64,000 bases of DNA from assembly GCA_964106645.2 (NCBI GenBank), contig OZ067047.1; one strand, 5' to 3'. The notes below the pieces were generated by a model that saw only the letters and a program-made list of their open reading frames with translations, had not been told where the DNA came from and made no database searches. This document shows positions 52,162 to 64,000 of the stretch, piece after piece. The stretch is from Podarcis pityusensis. Lineage: Eukaryota. Every line of letters begins with the position of its first letter. Position 1 is the first letter of the stretch. Position numbers and translations under genes: made by a program.

Positions 52162-52233
52162 CTTTCCAAAAGGTGATTATTCTCGGCTAATTCTTTAACG
52201 ACACCTTCCATTTCTTCTTTCAGTTTCTTCATG
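52162..52233 (-). CDS. TBK1: TBK1 coding exon (exon 20 equivalent, adaptor-binding coiled coil)
   Basis: [24 protein letters not shown]; cag / gtaagt; 72 bp. Confidence 0.97.
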
Positions 52234-52480
52234 CTGAAAGTTTAAAAGAAAGAAAGAAAAGAAATGCACAGTGCTTAATTCTCAGTTAAAAATCTTTCTA
52301 AAACTACTGGCTATTTCTTTAATGTAAGGAAACTGGAAGTGAAACAGATTTTTCAAAAAGACACCCAAACTGTGTATAATGACTATTTAAAGAGGACGAC
52401 TATTTAAAGAGGAACTTTCAGCTCGGCTCACTGACTACTAGGCTCTTCCAGGGTTCTAAATCACATGAGGAGCCTACATG

Positions 52481-53045
52481 CAGGGAGGATAAAAATCAAT
52501 GATTTTTAAAGTGGTTTTTAAAAAAATAAATCAATTTTTTAAAATGTAAATTGGATTTTTAAAATAAAATACTTTTGGAGGGAAAATCTTTGTAAAGATA
52601 GTTTTCTATTTAAGTTACATTATAGTCCAAAGGCTATTCATCAGGAAATAAGGATTTCTTTTAAGTTTTTAATGTGTGCTAAAACTCAGTCTAAGTTTTT
52701 TTTTTTAATTGTTTAACCACATCAGTTAACAAACATAGATATATATGCTATAATGTTATTGTTATTAAGGAAATGATTATTTTCCTCCTTCCAATAAAGT
52801 ACAGCAGAAAAGTTGTCCAAATATAAACAGTTAACTTATTAAACCTCACAATATTTCCATAATTATCTGTCTATATGTATTTCTAATTGTATAACCAAAT
52901 CAGTAATTTTTGATATAACTGAAAAAACTACTCTGGAAATTTATTATTACAAAAATAAAACCTTCATCTGGTTGTAAATATTAATATAATACCAGCAAGA
53001 ATGGGTCTTTCTGTTAAAAAAATGATTTAAATCAAATCCACCCTG
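52481..53045. mobile_element. AT-rich hAT non-autonomous element
   Basis: TIR CAGGGAGGAT / ATCCACCCTG with subterminal AAATCAA / TGATTT repeats. Confidence 0.75.
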
Positions 53046-53050
53046 CCAAC

Positions 53051-53444
53051 TGTTAGTATTTCATGCAGTCGATGCTGCAGATGTAACTGGTGTGAATAAC
53101 ACGCCTGTCTGAGAAGACTGTGGGAACGGAAGACAGCCTTATCTCTCTTCCTCTGTATGTACTTTGTAATGTACTTTCATTTTTGTCGTTCTCTCGGAAC
53201 TGGAGAGAACAGATACCATTATGCTGTAGTCAGTATATAGCATGTAAATAAGTCGTAGATTAGATCTACGATGTCTCACTCTTCTTACTGTGTTATGCCA
53301 GAAGATTAGTGTGCATATATCAAGCTGATATATGTTGCTGGAGCGCCCTGGAGAAGGAGGGAGATGTCTTTTCCAGTGCTGGACACATCAGAGGACGCTT
53401 GGAATTCCATGGGCTTGCAGGCGGCCCCGGGGTGTTTTCCAACA
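53051..53444 (+). mobile_element. Probable solo LTR
   Basis: TGTT...AACA termini and LTR-like composition; TSD not cleanly resolved. Confidence 0.5.
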
Positions 53445-53729
53445 CTGCTTACAGGAGTAGGAAAGGCTCCCCATGGCAGATGTTTGGAGAAGAGGGAGAG
53501 GAAGGAAACAACTGCCCTTGTCCCTACTCTACTTTATGCGATTCTTACTCCATGAAGGATTTTAAAAAACACACCAAATAGGGCTAGTGATGGCAGCACC
53601 ATAAGAACAGCTGACACAAGAATAAGAAACACAAATGTTGCATGGCAATACTGTTTCTAGAACTATGCCATCTTGGTCCTCCAGATGTTGCTTGACCACT
53701 AGTACCTTCAGCCTCAGCCAGCATGTGCA

Positions 53730-54066
53730 TGTTGAATGGTCTCTTTAAATGTGAAGGTTCATTATTGTGTATGTCTTTAAGGGCCAGAGCAAATAACGAG
53801 ACCCAGTTTTACAGCTGTGAAACAGTATAGCAGGTGCTGCTAAGTTGTGTTAATTAAGCTGTGTCAGCAATTGGGTATAGTATATAAAGAGCAGCACCTA
53901 ACTCTCTCAGTACCCCGGGGGATGGGTGGGTCATGCTTGTTGATATATTTAATGTAAAAGGAGTTTTTGTTATTAAAACCTTGTTAAAGTTATTTTTGAG
54001 TTCCTTGTAATGCGTGGTCTCCCCAGCAAGCTTTCTGCAGCACAACTAAACTGCAAATAGCCAACA
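53730..54066 (+). mobile_element. Solo LTR inserted in a hAT MITE
   Basis: TGTTG...CAACA termini; perfect 5-bp TSD GTGCA; TATATAAA and ATTAAA signals; MITE halves at about 53660-53724 and 54072-54133. Confidence 0.85.
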
Positions 54067-54331
54067 GTGCAATGGTCAGGGATGATGGGAGTTGGACTAC
54101 AACATCTGGAAGGGCACAGATTAGCCACCCCTGGGTTAAAAAAACAACTAATAAAGCTTGGTGTCAACATTCAAATGTGACTATGCCCAGAGTGGCTGGG
54201 GCAATCCAATCATATGGGTGGGGTTCAAATAATAAAAAAATAACAATCTTAACAAAAGCTTGGCATTTTTAAGTAGTTCTGTGAAAAGCAGGTTAAAAAG
54301 CATTGCATTCATCCAGGTGAGAAATTCTTAC

Positions 54332-54438
54332 CCAAGAGTCATTTCTACCAAAGTGTTTGAACTTGGATAAACTGGGTTAATTGTATGTTTGATCCCACCG
54401 GAAGCCGCAAACATCTTATGGGGTAAATTTTCTTGTAA
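54332..54438 (-). CDS. TBK1: TBK1 coding exon (exon 19 equivalent)
   Basis: [36 protein letters not shown]; cag / gtaaga; 107 bp. Confidence 0.96.
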
Positions 54439-55078
54439 CTGTAATAAAATACACAAAGCCCATCTTAATAAGAAAAAAACAGGAGACATATTTCTAATAA
54501 ATACTCACTGGATTCAAGGGATGACATTTGGTACCCAAGAGTTGAAAAGAGCATGAGCTCTTGCTCCCAAGAGACTTAAGAAGACCAACTGCGCCTCCCC
54601 CTTCACCCCACCTTGACTAACAGTGCTACCCTGACAGCACCGCGGGACCCTCATTAGTCAGTTCCTGAAGTCTGTAGTTGCATAACTCTATTTAGTAAGT
54701 TTTCCAGATGTATAGTAAGTCTAATGTTAACAAAACAGAATTTATGGAACTGTGAAGATTGCACTAAAAAGGAGTTCTATTAGCTGGCTATCTAAACTGG
54801 GAAGGTATTTAGGCACAAAAATAACATATCATAAGGATTACCTATACAATGTTAATTTTCCTCTTGTTCTCGAAGCTTTTTTTAAAGATCTAAAGAATTG
54901 GGAAGTTTTGGGCATTCTGGTTATCAAAGAGAGTGAATTGTTCTGGACTCTGTGGCAAATAAATCCTCTCTAGCTTTTCAATGCTCCACTGGTGGACTTA
55001 ATAAAAAGGGGGGGAGGGACAATGTTTTTTTGGAAAGAGATCTTATATGTTAGGGATGGGAGGCCTGTGGCCCTAGAG

Positions 55079-55216
55079 CAGCCTTTCTCAACCTGTGGGT
55101 CCCCACATGTTGTTGAATTACAACTCCCATCACCCCTAGCTAGCAAGGCCAGAGCTCAGGGATGATGGGAGTTGTAGTCCAACAACATCTGGGGACCCAC
55201 AGGTTGAGAACCACTG
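55079..55216. mobile_element. Palindromic hAT MITE
   Basis: Perfect 8-bp TSD CCCTAGAG. Confidence 0.9.
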
Positions 55217-55623
55217 CCCTAGAGCCTAATTTCAATGAACTCCAAGCAATCTTCCCCCTGTCCACAGATGATCAAAGCTGGCAGCAGAAATTGCTTGGTA
55301 CATCTGGAATGGAGTCAATCTTTTCTAAATTGAAATGTTTATGATAACTGTTCTCTTCCTTAATACATTTCTCACAGTAAGACAACCACTGAGCTCTAGT
55401 AATTTTATATTGCAATCCTATGCACACTTACCCGGGAGCAAGCTCCACTGTACTCCATAGGGCTAATTCTGAATAAGCATGCATAGGATTACAGTGTTAA
55501 TGGAGCAATGTTGGGAGACCTTGTGTATGCAATAAAATTTAAGGGGAAAATCTGTGCAGGTTATTACGAATTTCTGCAAAGCACTTATTCCTCTTTTGAC
55601 TATCCCTCTTTAAAATACTGATA

Positions 55624-55872
55624 CAGTCTTATCTTGGAAGTCAAACGGAATCCATTCCGGAAGTCCATTCAACTTTCATAATGTTTGGAAACCAAAGTGC
55701 GGCTTCTGATTGGCTGCAGGAAGCTCCTGCAGCCAATCGGAAGCCATGGAAGCCACGTCGGACATTTGGCTTCCAAAAATAGTTTGCAAACAGGAAGTCA
55801 CTTCTGGGTTTGCGGCATTCGGGAGCCAAAACGTTAAGAGAACTAAACTGTTTGAAAACCAAGGTATGACTG
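55624..55872. mobile_element. Tc1/mariner-type MITE (second family), 20 nt from a TBK1 exon end
   Basis: Degenerate TIRs, TA TSD. Confidence 0.85.
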
Positions 55873-55892
55873 TAATTAAGGAGAACACTTAC

Positions 55893-55989
55893 ATCATTTA
55901 CATAGTCCTGATATTTCGACACCTCTTCCTCAATATCGAAGCAGAGTTTTCTGAGATTCATTAGCTGTTTTCTTAAAAGAAGCATCTTC
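55893..55989 (-). CDS. TBK1: TBK1 coding exon (exon 18 equivalent)
   Basis: [32 protein letters not shown]; cag / gtaagt; 97 bp. Confidence 0.95.
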
Positions 55990-56085
55990 CTGAAAAGGAA
56001 AACCAGTTTTAAAATCATGTTTTTGTGTCACTATGACTTGCTCTTGTAGAGAGAGTCCAATGATACACAAAACAAAAAATCTTGC

Positions 56086-56187
56086 CTCATCCAGTCCTCT
56101 GCCTTGTCAAAGAAAACTTCGTACTTGGTGACGCATTCTTCCTTGAACAAGGTCATGGCTTTTGTAGCATGTAGAAAAAGCTTCTGC
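56086..56187 (-). CDS. TBK1: TBK1 coding exon (exon 17 equivalent), ends at a GC donor
   Basis: [34 protein letters not shown]; cag acceptor; the in-frame join to the next exon uses AG|gcaaga; 102 bp. Confidence 0.92.
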
Positions 56188-56321
56188 CTGCAGCACAGAA
56201 ATAAGAACCATACTGTCATATTGCTCCCAAATATTCCATTCCTCACAATCCTGGACCTTAAAAACAGTATCTCTGCACTCCAAAGAGGGAGAACGTTGTA
56301 GAAAGAGTACACAGTAAAGCA

Positions 56322-56735
56322 CACAATTCAAAATGTTGGTGCTGACCTTTAAAGCCCTAAATGGCCTTGGTCCAGTGTACCTGAAGGAGTGTCTCCACCC
56401 CATTGTTTTGCCCAGACACTGAGGTCCAGCGCCAAGGGCCTTCTGGCGGTTCCCTCACTGCGAGAAGTGAGGTTACAGGGAACCAGGCAGAGGGCCTTCT
56501 CGGTAGTGGCACCCGTCCTGTGGAACGCCCTCCCATCAGATGTCAAGGAAATAAACAACTATCTGACTTTTAGAAGACATTTGAAGGCAGCCCTATTTAG
56601 GGAAATTTTCAATGTTTGATGTTTTATCGTGTTTTTAATATTCTGTTGGGAGCCACCCAGAGTAGCTGAGGAAACCCAGCCAGATAGGCGGAGTATAAAT
56701 AAATAAATAATAATAATTATTATTATTATTATTAT
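56322..56735 (+). mobile_element. L2 LINE 3' end
   Basis: [36 protein letters not shown]; (TAA)n tail. Confidence 0.88.
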
Positions 56736-56856
56736 AGTAGAGGAATCCCACATATAGAAAATCACACATTGTTTTTTTTATTTTGTCATTTTGTGTCCAC
56801 TGGTGGGATGCTGGACCTCACCCAAAATATTTATAGAATTTTAAAAAGAGACTTAC

Positions 56857-56896
56857 TTGTCGAATTTGTGGATTTGTTCCTCGTTATATGGAAGTC
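56857..56896 (-). CDS. TBK1: TBK1 coding exon (exon 16 equivalent)
   Basis: LPYNEEQIHKFD; tag / gtaagt; 40 bp. Confidence 0.95.
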
Positions 56897-57234
56897 CTAA
56901 AGAAAATAAATGAATAAAATGAAATCGGATAGCAAAAGTAATGCTCAGGGGGTTGTGAAGCTTTTTGGGTTCTAGGGCACACGGGCAAATTGGAGAAGCT
57001 GTCTGTGTGTGGACACAAGGACCCCAATGAGTCCTACTGCCTACAGAAGAATGATTATTTCAAGCCAAACGTCAGTGGGGGGGAGGGAAGGAGACCCAGT
57101 GAGAAACAGGGAGGACCTGCATGGGAACAAATGAGCCTCTGGGCAGCACAGTGGCAGATCAGAATTGCTTTCTCTACTCACCGTTTGAAACACAAATTGA
57201 TTTTATAATCGATGACCCCCCATCAAGTCAAATA

Positions 57235-57443
57235 CAGTCGTACCTTGGATCCCAAATGCCACAAACCCAGAAGTGAGTGTTCCGGTTTGCGAACATTCTT
57301 TGGAACCCAAATGTCTGACGGGGCTTCCGATTGGATGCAGGAGCTTCCTGCAGCCAATGAGAAGCAGCGCTTTTGTTCCTGAACATTTTGGAAGTCAAAG
57401 AGACTTCCGGGACAAATTCTGTTCAACTTCCAAGGTACGACTG
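57235..57443. mobile_element. Tc1/mariner-type MITE (second family)
   Basis: TIR CAGTCGTACCTTGGA, TA TSD. Confidence 0.87.
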
Positions 57444-57492
57444 TACACATATACTTAGCCATGATCATTTTAACTTTGAACATTATTATTAC

Positions 57493-57645
57493 CAGGGCTT
57501 TTTTCTAAAAAAAAAAAAAAATGTTTAAGGGTACTCTCATTTTCCTACTCATATTGAAATACTGCCCTTCAATGAGGCCAAACTTAGATTCACGAAATGT
57601 TTAGGGGTATGTGTACCCATGTGGCCCTCCAGGAAAAAAGCACTG
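57493..57645. mobile_element. hAT MITE
   Basis: TIR CAG(G/T)GCTTTTTTC; 8-bp TSD (A/G)TTATTAC. Confidence 0.8.
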
Positions 57646-57877
57646 GTTATTACTATTACTTATTATTACTATTATTTTAATTTATTACCCACCCTTCACC
57701 CTAAGCCTAAAGTATGACAATTTAAAATAAACGCAACATTAAAAACAGTTTACAATCACAACTTACAGTCACAAAAAATAGGATGGGTCTTAAAAAATAT
57801 ACACCTCAGGTGGTAAAGAGGCAAATCTGCAGTACCTCATAATTTAACTCAGCTAAATATAAACTAAAATTACTTAC

Positions 57878-57954
57878 GGCGTTCTGCTTTGTCTTTTTTG
57901 AACTGATAATAAATTTCTGTAATGGAACTCAGTAGGACTTGCAACCTTTCTGGG
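57878..57954 (-). CDS. TBK1: TBK1 coding exon (exon 15 equivalent)
   Basis: PERLQVLLSSITEIYYQFKKDKAER; tag / gtaagt; 77 bp. Confidence 0.96.
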
Positions 57955-58056
57955 CTAGGAGAGAAAAAGTAAAGATATAAATCATTTAACACATGCCAGT
58001 ATGCATGAACTTGAAAACGAAGCACAGTAAGAACTTTACGTGGAAATGCCACTCAC

Positions 58057-58178
58057 TTTCTGTCTTTCGGGTGCGTGCCTTCCTGGTTGGTCCAGCCATC
58101 AGACAGCAGGCCATTCGGACAGAGTTTGCTTTTGATATCCTGAAGACTGCTCTCTATTGTTCCCCGCGAACTTGAAAG
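58057..58178 (-). CDS. TBK1: TBK1 coding exon (exon 14 equivalent)
   Basis: [40 protein letters not shown]; cag / gtgagt; 122 bp. Confidence 0.96.
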
Positions 58179-58244
58179 CTGAACGAATGCAAGAAATTCA
58201 GCTTTACCCAGCAAAAATTTGCTGAAAGCTGAGTTTTGGAACAT

Positions 58245-58753
58245 ATATAGAAAGAAACCTTTTTATCTTTTATAAATATAAGATAAAAGATTGTTTATGT
58301 ATGCAACAACTGTGGCAAGAATTCTTTTAGCCCCAAAATGGAAACAACAAGAAGTACCAATGAAATAAGAGTGGCAGATGAAGATGATGGACTTTGCAGA
58401 ACTGGCAAAGCTGACAGGAAAAATCCGAAACCAGCATGATCAAATATTCCAAAAGGACTGGAGTAAATTTAGACAATATTTGAAAGATTATTGCAAGCAA
58501 TTAACATCACTAGCAGGGTTGTCTGAAGACTTGTAATGAGAAATTTTCTACCTTTATTTATTTAAATTTTGAGTCATTTTGTAATGAGTGCAATTAGAAT
58601 TGGAAAACGTACAAAATGCAATGATATAAAGGTTAATTTTGAAAGCCATGAGGCAGGAGGGAAGGAAGTCAATAGGCTCTAAAGAGCCAGGGCAGTAAAG
58701 TGGATAATGATGATGTGAATGTATATAATTAAATGGAAAATAAATAATAAAAA
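58245..58753 (+). mobile_element. L1/Tx1-clade LINE 3' end
   Basis: Reads LFMYATTVARILLAPKWKQQEVP; A-rich tail; related to the 8245 element. Confidence 0.75.
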
Positions 58754-58990
58754 AGTGGAACCTTGGGTTGCGAACGTGATCCATGCGGGAGGCACGTTCA
58801 CAACCCGCAGCGCCGCGTCTGCACAAGTGCATGATGCGATTTGGCGCTTCTGCGCATGCGCAAAGAACGATTTGGCGCTTCTGCACATGCACCGAAACCC
58901 AGAAGTAACCCGTTCCGGAACTTCTGGGTTCGGTGCGTCCGTAACCCAAAAACGCGCAACCCACAGCGATCGCAACCTGAGGTATGACTG
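58754..58990. mobile_element. Tc1/mariner-type MITE
   Basis: Degenerate TIRs; related to the 5324 element. Confidence 0.75.
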
Positions 58991-59771
58991 TATATATAGA
59001 AAGAAAGAAACCCTGGTTACTTTAGAATAGCTGAAAATGTCTCAATGACAGAAAATTGGCCAGAAACCTGCAACACCTCATAATAGCAGCAAGCCAAGCC
59101 ACATTTCCTAGAATTTACAGACGTCCACCTTAACATACTTTAAGCATCCTTGCATTGGAGGAAAGAGAGACTTTCTACTGGCTGCCAAGAATCTGTGCTT
59201 ACAGGCAACATCCCTACATTGCTGTCACTGTAAATATACACAAAACACCACTGACACAAAAATAGAAAGTCAACTACATTGAAAGAGATCTTTTTATTTT
59301 TGCTTTTAGGGTGTGCAATAAACTTTACTGGAATATTTCACTAGCACATTAATGCTCAACACCTGTATTAGTTTGATTTCCCTGCAGTGCTGTTGTGCAA
59401 CTGGTTCAGCATCACATTTGGGGGACGTGTTTCTTCATGCGAACACCCATGCATGTGAACAAAGCATGGCTCGCTATTCTCCCCACAAGAATTCTGCCGT
59501 ATGCCACTTCTACACACACACACAAATATCAAGCCAGAAATTTGAGCGATTTCCCCACGACTGTTCACATCTCTCCACATCCAAATTGGAAAGAAATAAC
59601 ACATACACTAAATAGATTCATATGAAGAAAATACCATCAGCTAATGAACATGCTCAACAAACATGCTAAAAAAAAAGTGGTTTTCCTTTACAGGAAAACA
59701 CTAAACATACCAGGAATTTGCAGTACACCCTTATTTCAAGTACTGTAATGCTGCAATGTTAATATGCTTAC

Positions 59772-59850
59772 CCGTAACAGCTTGGAGTGTATGTCTGAAA
59801 TTTCATCCACTTCTGACGGTGCCAGGTTGTTTTGATACATATTTTGATAT
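59772..59850 (-). CDS. TBK1: TBK1 coding exon (exon 13 equivalent)
   Basis: YQNMYQNNLAPSEVDEISDIHSKLLR; cag / gtaagc; 79 bp. Confidence 0.93.
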
Positions 59851-60444
59851 CTGTTCGCCAGAAGACAAGACACACAAAGTCAACCTACGTACAACAGCCC
59901 ACAGATCTGTTTAGCATGATCAAATAATTGTTAACAATAAAAATAAAAAACCCTATTTGGTGATATGCCAAAATAAAATAAAAACAATTATTCTGGATCC
60001 AACAGAACAGTACATCCACAAACACCTGAAATAGGGAGACCTGGGTATACAATTGAGCACTAAATGTGCGTGGAGATATTTCTGTAGACCTTGAAAGCAG
60101 TTTTGCTGAAGGCTAGTTAAAAGTAGTTTATGTAGTTAACCTACATTTTAGGGTAACAAAAATTATTTTATTTATGTTTTATATTTATACCCCACCTTTC
60201 TTCCAAGGAGCTCAAGCTGCCATACATGCTTTGCCCACCCCCCCGTATCCCTACAACAACCTTGCGAGGTAGGTTAGATTAAGTGACTGTCCAAAATCAG
60301 CCAGTGAGCAGGGTGGAGGCATTCTGTAGCAAATGCCCATCATTGTTCAACAAGACTAAGACTGGATATTATCCAGTGACATGAGAAATGCAGACCTTCA
60401 CAGCATGCAGCATTCGTTCTAAAAAAGAGCATTTATATACTCAC

Positions 60445-60546
60445 ATTTCCCCAGCTTTTTCTATGTTTCTGTTGCAAAATTCCAGCTTGATAACCACCTC
60501 TGTCTTTTTGTGTAACGTTTCATTGTAATCCTCTTTGATTATTTCG
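60445..60546 (-). CDS. TBK1: TBK1 coding exon (exon 12 equivalent)
   Basis: [33 protein letters not shown]; tag / gtgagt; 102 bp. Confidence 0.95.
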
Positions 60547-60726
60547 CTAGAATGAAGACCAACTGTGTCAGCACAGATATGAAAAATACCGGATATGCTA
60601 GCCGCGTGCTACAATAGAAAACGTCTGCTCTATATAAAAATTGACACACTCCCACCAACCCATGGAAAATAAATATGCATCGCTCAACTTCTTGTTGGTT
60701 GTCTTATCTGTTTTTATATGTTATTA

Positions 60727-60930
60727 CAGTGGTACGTTTCAAACGCCGGAAACCCGGAAGTAAATGCTTCCGTTTTCAAACACGCCTCGGAAGTCAAACG
60801 GCTTCCGCTGAGGTTTTTTCAATTTTCTCTATTGAATTTGCAGGCTGCCCTTTGCGCCTCAGTTTTTGAACGTTTCGGAAGTCGAGCGGTCTTCCAGAAT
60901 GGATTACATTTGAAAACTGAGGTAGCCCTG
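60727..60930. mobile_element. Tc1/mariner-type MITE
   Basis: TA-flanked, with degenerate CAGTGGTAC termini. Confidence 0.7.
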
Positions 60931-61407
60931 TATATTGTAAATCATTTCAGTATGCCTCATAGGAAATGATTCATAAATGAAGTAAGTGATAAGTAATGAA
61001 CATCAACTTATTCCTGAAAAGGTTCTATATTCTAAGAACAGGTGGTGACCATTTTTGGCACGATTGCCGACCTGCAGGTCCTTTTGGACCCAGGAGAGGG
61101 CAGAACGGAGACAGAATGGGGCATAATGGGGCAGGGCGTGGTCTGCTGGTACGCAGGGGAGCCGGGAACGGAACCTCCATGCAAAATGGCAGCTGCATGT
61201 AAACAAAGGCCACAATTCTAAGTACTTTTAATCGGGCGATAGTCCTCTTCTGAGTAAACAAGCTTAGAACGCCATCATCCTGCATACAAGAATTGCATTT
61301 GTAGATGGAATTTGATGATTAACAGAAACTTAAGTTAATAGTTTACTGCAAGGAACAGGAAAGCCTGTCACGCTGTAACTACCTCCTATGCAGCACCAAA
61401 GGATACA

Positions 61408-61877
61408 CCGTATTTTTCGCTCCATAAGACACACTTTTTTCCTCCTAAAAATAAGGGGAAATGTCCGTGCGTCTTATGGAGCGAATGTGTGGTCGATCGC
61501 TGGCTCCCTTTCTGGCCCTGCCCCCTTGCCCAGGACTCCATTGTTGAATGTTCTGTAGACAGAGGCTGTTTGTTTCCCCAGCAACATGTGACTGGCTGAT
61601 TAGATTATCTGTCTGGAAACTGTAGAAACGGCTCCCTTTCCTTTCCTAAAGAAGCTGCAGAACCGTGAATTGAACCCCATAAAAACAGGATTTTTTCCAT
61701 TGCAAAGTAAGCTCAACCACTTTGAGCTGATCCTCAAAAAAGGGGGCTTTTCCCCTTTGCAAAAGAAGCTGCACAACTGTGAGCTGATCCCCCCGAAAAC
61801 AGGGCTTTCCCCCTATCCTCCTCTAAAAGCTAGGTGTGTCTTATGGTCAGGTGTGTCTTATGCAGCAAAAAATACAG
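61408..61877. mobile_element. pogo/Tigger-like non-autonomous DNA transposon
   Basis: Imperfect TIR CCGTATTTTTCGCTCCATAAGACACAC / GTGTGTCTTATGCAGCAAAAAATACAG. Confidence 0.8.
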
Positions 61878-62049
61878 TAATTCTATTACAGCTCAGGTTT
61901 GTCTATAGCTGGATGTGCATGGCAGTTGTTGGGCAGAGATCTCTCTGGGGCTTTCCACCTTTGTAACTGGCACTTGGAATACCCGGGGTCAGTAAGTGCC
62001 AGAGAAATGAATCACTCTGCCCGATCAAGCAAATCACAGCGCCACTTAC

Positions 62050-62141
62050 ATTAACCATCTGATTCCCTTCCGCATCAGTTCCTGGTACAGCAGTAAAGCA
62101 TGGGCAACTCTGCAGGCGTAACAAACAACCCCTGTAACTGC
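62050..62141 (-). CDS. TBK1: TBK1 coding exon (exon 11 equivalent, scaffold/dimerisation domain)
   Basis: [30 protein letters not shown]; cag / gtaagt; 92 bp. Confidence 0.96.
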
Positions 62142-62624
62142 CTGGAAGACCAAAGAAAGGTGTGAGCAGCATACACTACAGTTTGTCACAAGCAAACAGA
62201 CTGTGATAAAACTGTAGGAGTAAAAGAAGCATATTTTTAGGAAGCTAAATCATGAAAAGGCAGGTGGGAATACTGAGCAACATACTTATCACCAAGACAG
62301 AATTAAAGTTTGAGGTTTCTAAACTTTAGTTTTACAGTTTGGACTTCCTAGACATCTGTGAGGTGCAAAAGGAGCACATACTCTTTAGATATTTTGGGAT
62401 ATTGGGCTGGGACAAAGGGTAACAAAGGCAGCAAGGAACTCAAGATACTACCTGGTAGGCAGGATACTGTATATTAAAGTTGGGGTAGAATATTTGGGCT
62501 GAAGGGGAGACTCCATCTAGAACAGGGGCTTATCGGGTGTTCTGCCATATCCAAGTTCAGTACCAATACATGTATTTCCCTTCTAGGAAATGGTTCCATG
62601 ACACAATTATGAAGAGATACTCAC

Positions 62625-62683
62625 TTTTGCCATGCTTGCATCAGTATCTAAGTCATAACGTTGATGGACCTTTGGAAGCAGAA
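62625..62683 (-). CDS. TBK1: TBK1 coding exon (exon 10 equivalent)
   Basis: LLPKVHQRYDLDTDASMAK; tag acceptor, gtgagt donor; 59 bp. Confidence 0.95.
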
Positions 62684-63010
62684 CTAGAACAGAAGTATTT
62701 TTTTAAAAATAAGCAAATAGTACTCAAACAAATGCAGAATATAAAAGAAAAATTATAATTAGGATTGCTTTATTTCTTACAATTTCCATTCCACCCTTCC
62801 TCACATGATTTTCCAGGACAGCAAACCAATTACTTGCTCACAGTTTTTAAAAAAGTAACTTATCTGGTCACATAGGGGGCTGATGTTCGAAACAGGATCC
62901 AACAAAGTAACGTGTTTAAAATAATAATAATAAAATCAAGTAATAACAATTCAGTTCAAATAAGTCAGCCATTAAAAAAGAAAAGAAAAAAACAAGAGAC
63001 TCCATCATAC

Positions 63011-63207
63011 TTTCGTCATAGAGTAATCCTGTGATTTTCACAGGCTCCCTGCTCACGACGATTATGGGATTTTCTTCAGTGGTTCTGGGGAAAGATTGTG
63101 CCAATCTGCTGGGCTCTAGGACTAAACGCCGGCCTTCATATATCAGTTCTTGATTAACTGAAGCTATTTTTGTCTGTTTGTATACCAAATCATGAAACAT
63201 GGCAGCA
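63011..63207 (-). CDS. TBK1: TBK1 coding exon (exon 9 equivalent, ubiquitin-like domain)
   Basis: [54 protein letters not shown]...; cag acceptor, gtatga donor; 197 bp; phase continuous with the previous exon. Confidence 0.96.
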
Positions 63208-63389
63208 CTGTTTAAAAAGAAGAAGCAAAAATACGTTTTAAAAATGGCTCCTAATGCAGTAATAAAGACAGAGTGAAAGGAGAAAGAATTCAGAGTTAAT
63301 AAGCAAAACTGTTCTATTCAGAGGAAACCTGATCCTATCAGTTTGAAATGTCACGTAAGAATAAAGATATGAAAATGCTGAAATACTTA

Positions 63390-63599
<210 letters not shown>

Positions 63600-64000
63600 T
63601 TAATTCTGAGTAAGTACGACATTCCTTCTTTTCCTTCTGCCCACTCTTGAATCTGCTGGTTTTTGTGTATGTATAACAGCACTGCCAACAGCATAAAACT
63701 CTCTAGGCTGCCTTGCCTAGGATCCGACTGGTCAATGATTACTCATATCCTCTATGAAGCAGGGAAGACATTACCCACTGAGATATTTCCTCAACGCTTG
63801 CTAGGTAAAGATCATCTAATTAATCAGTATTTTGTACAGTGCGAAGGGTGTCAACTATTTTTTGTTAGTGGTGGGACAGTTGGTGGCAGCAACAAGAGAG
63901 ACGTTTGCTGAACACATGCCCATCATACTATATTATACTGCAGGATTCATGCATGAAATGCATTTGCACCTATACTGCAACAGAATATTCTTCACTTGGG

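Overview
Vertebrate genomic DNA, almost certainly from a squamate and probably a lacertid lizard (11 Sauria/Squam1 SINE copies, a BovB LINE, Squam3-like SINEs, many Tc1/mariner and hAT MITEs). Two genes lie on the minus strand in the mammalian order. The first is the 3' part of TBK1: 14 coding exons at 63570-51163, all spliceable in frame, one through a GC-AG intron. The second is the 5' end of RASSF3: canonical first coding exon 15681-15571 in a CpG island, with intron 1 running off the window start. The apparently intergenic 35 kb between them holds the main finding. A 110-bp phase 1->0 exon (35963-35854) encodes the second half of a RASSF1A/NORE1A-type C1 domain with two zinc ligands mutated. 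Two candidate phase-1 first exons (39063-38997 and 45081-44961) would splice onto it in frame. Together they suggest a long RASSF3 isoform system. Also noted: minimal hammerhead-ribozyme motifs in Penelope fragments on the same strand, three tandem Pumilio elements next to a TBK1 poly(A) signal, a uORF ending 4 nt before the RASSF3 ATG, an inverted MITE pair, solo LTRs, a local 121-bp duplication and a 150-N assembly gap. Family names and comparisons with human genes are from recall; no search was run.
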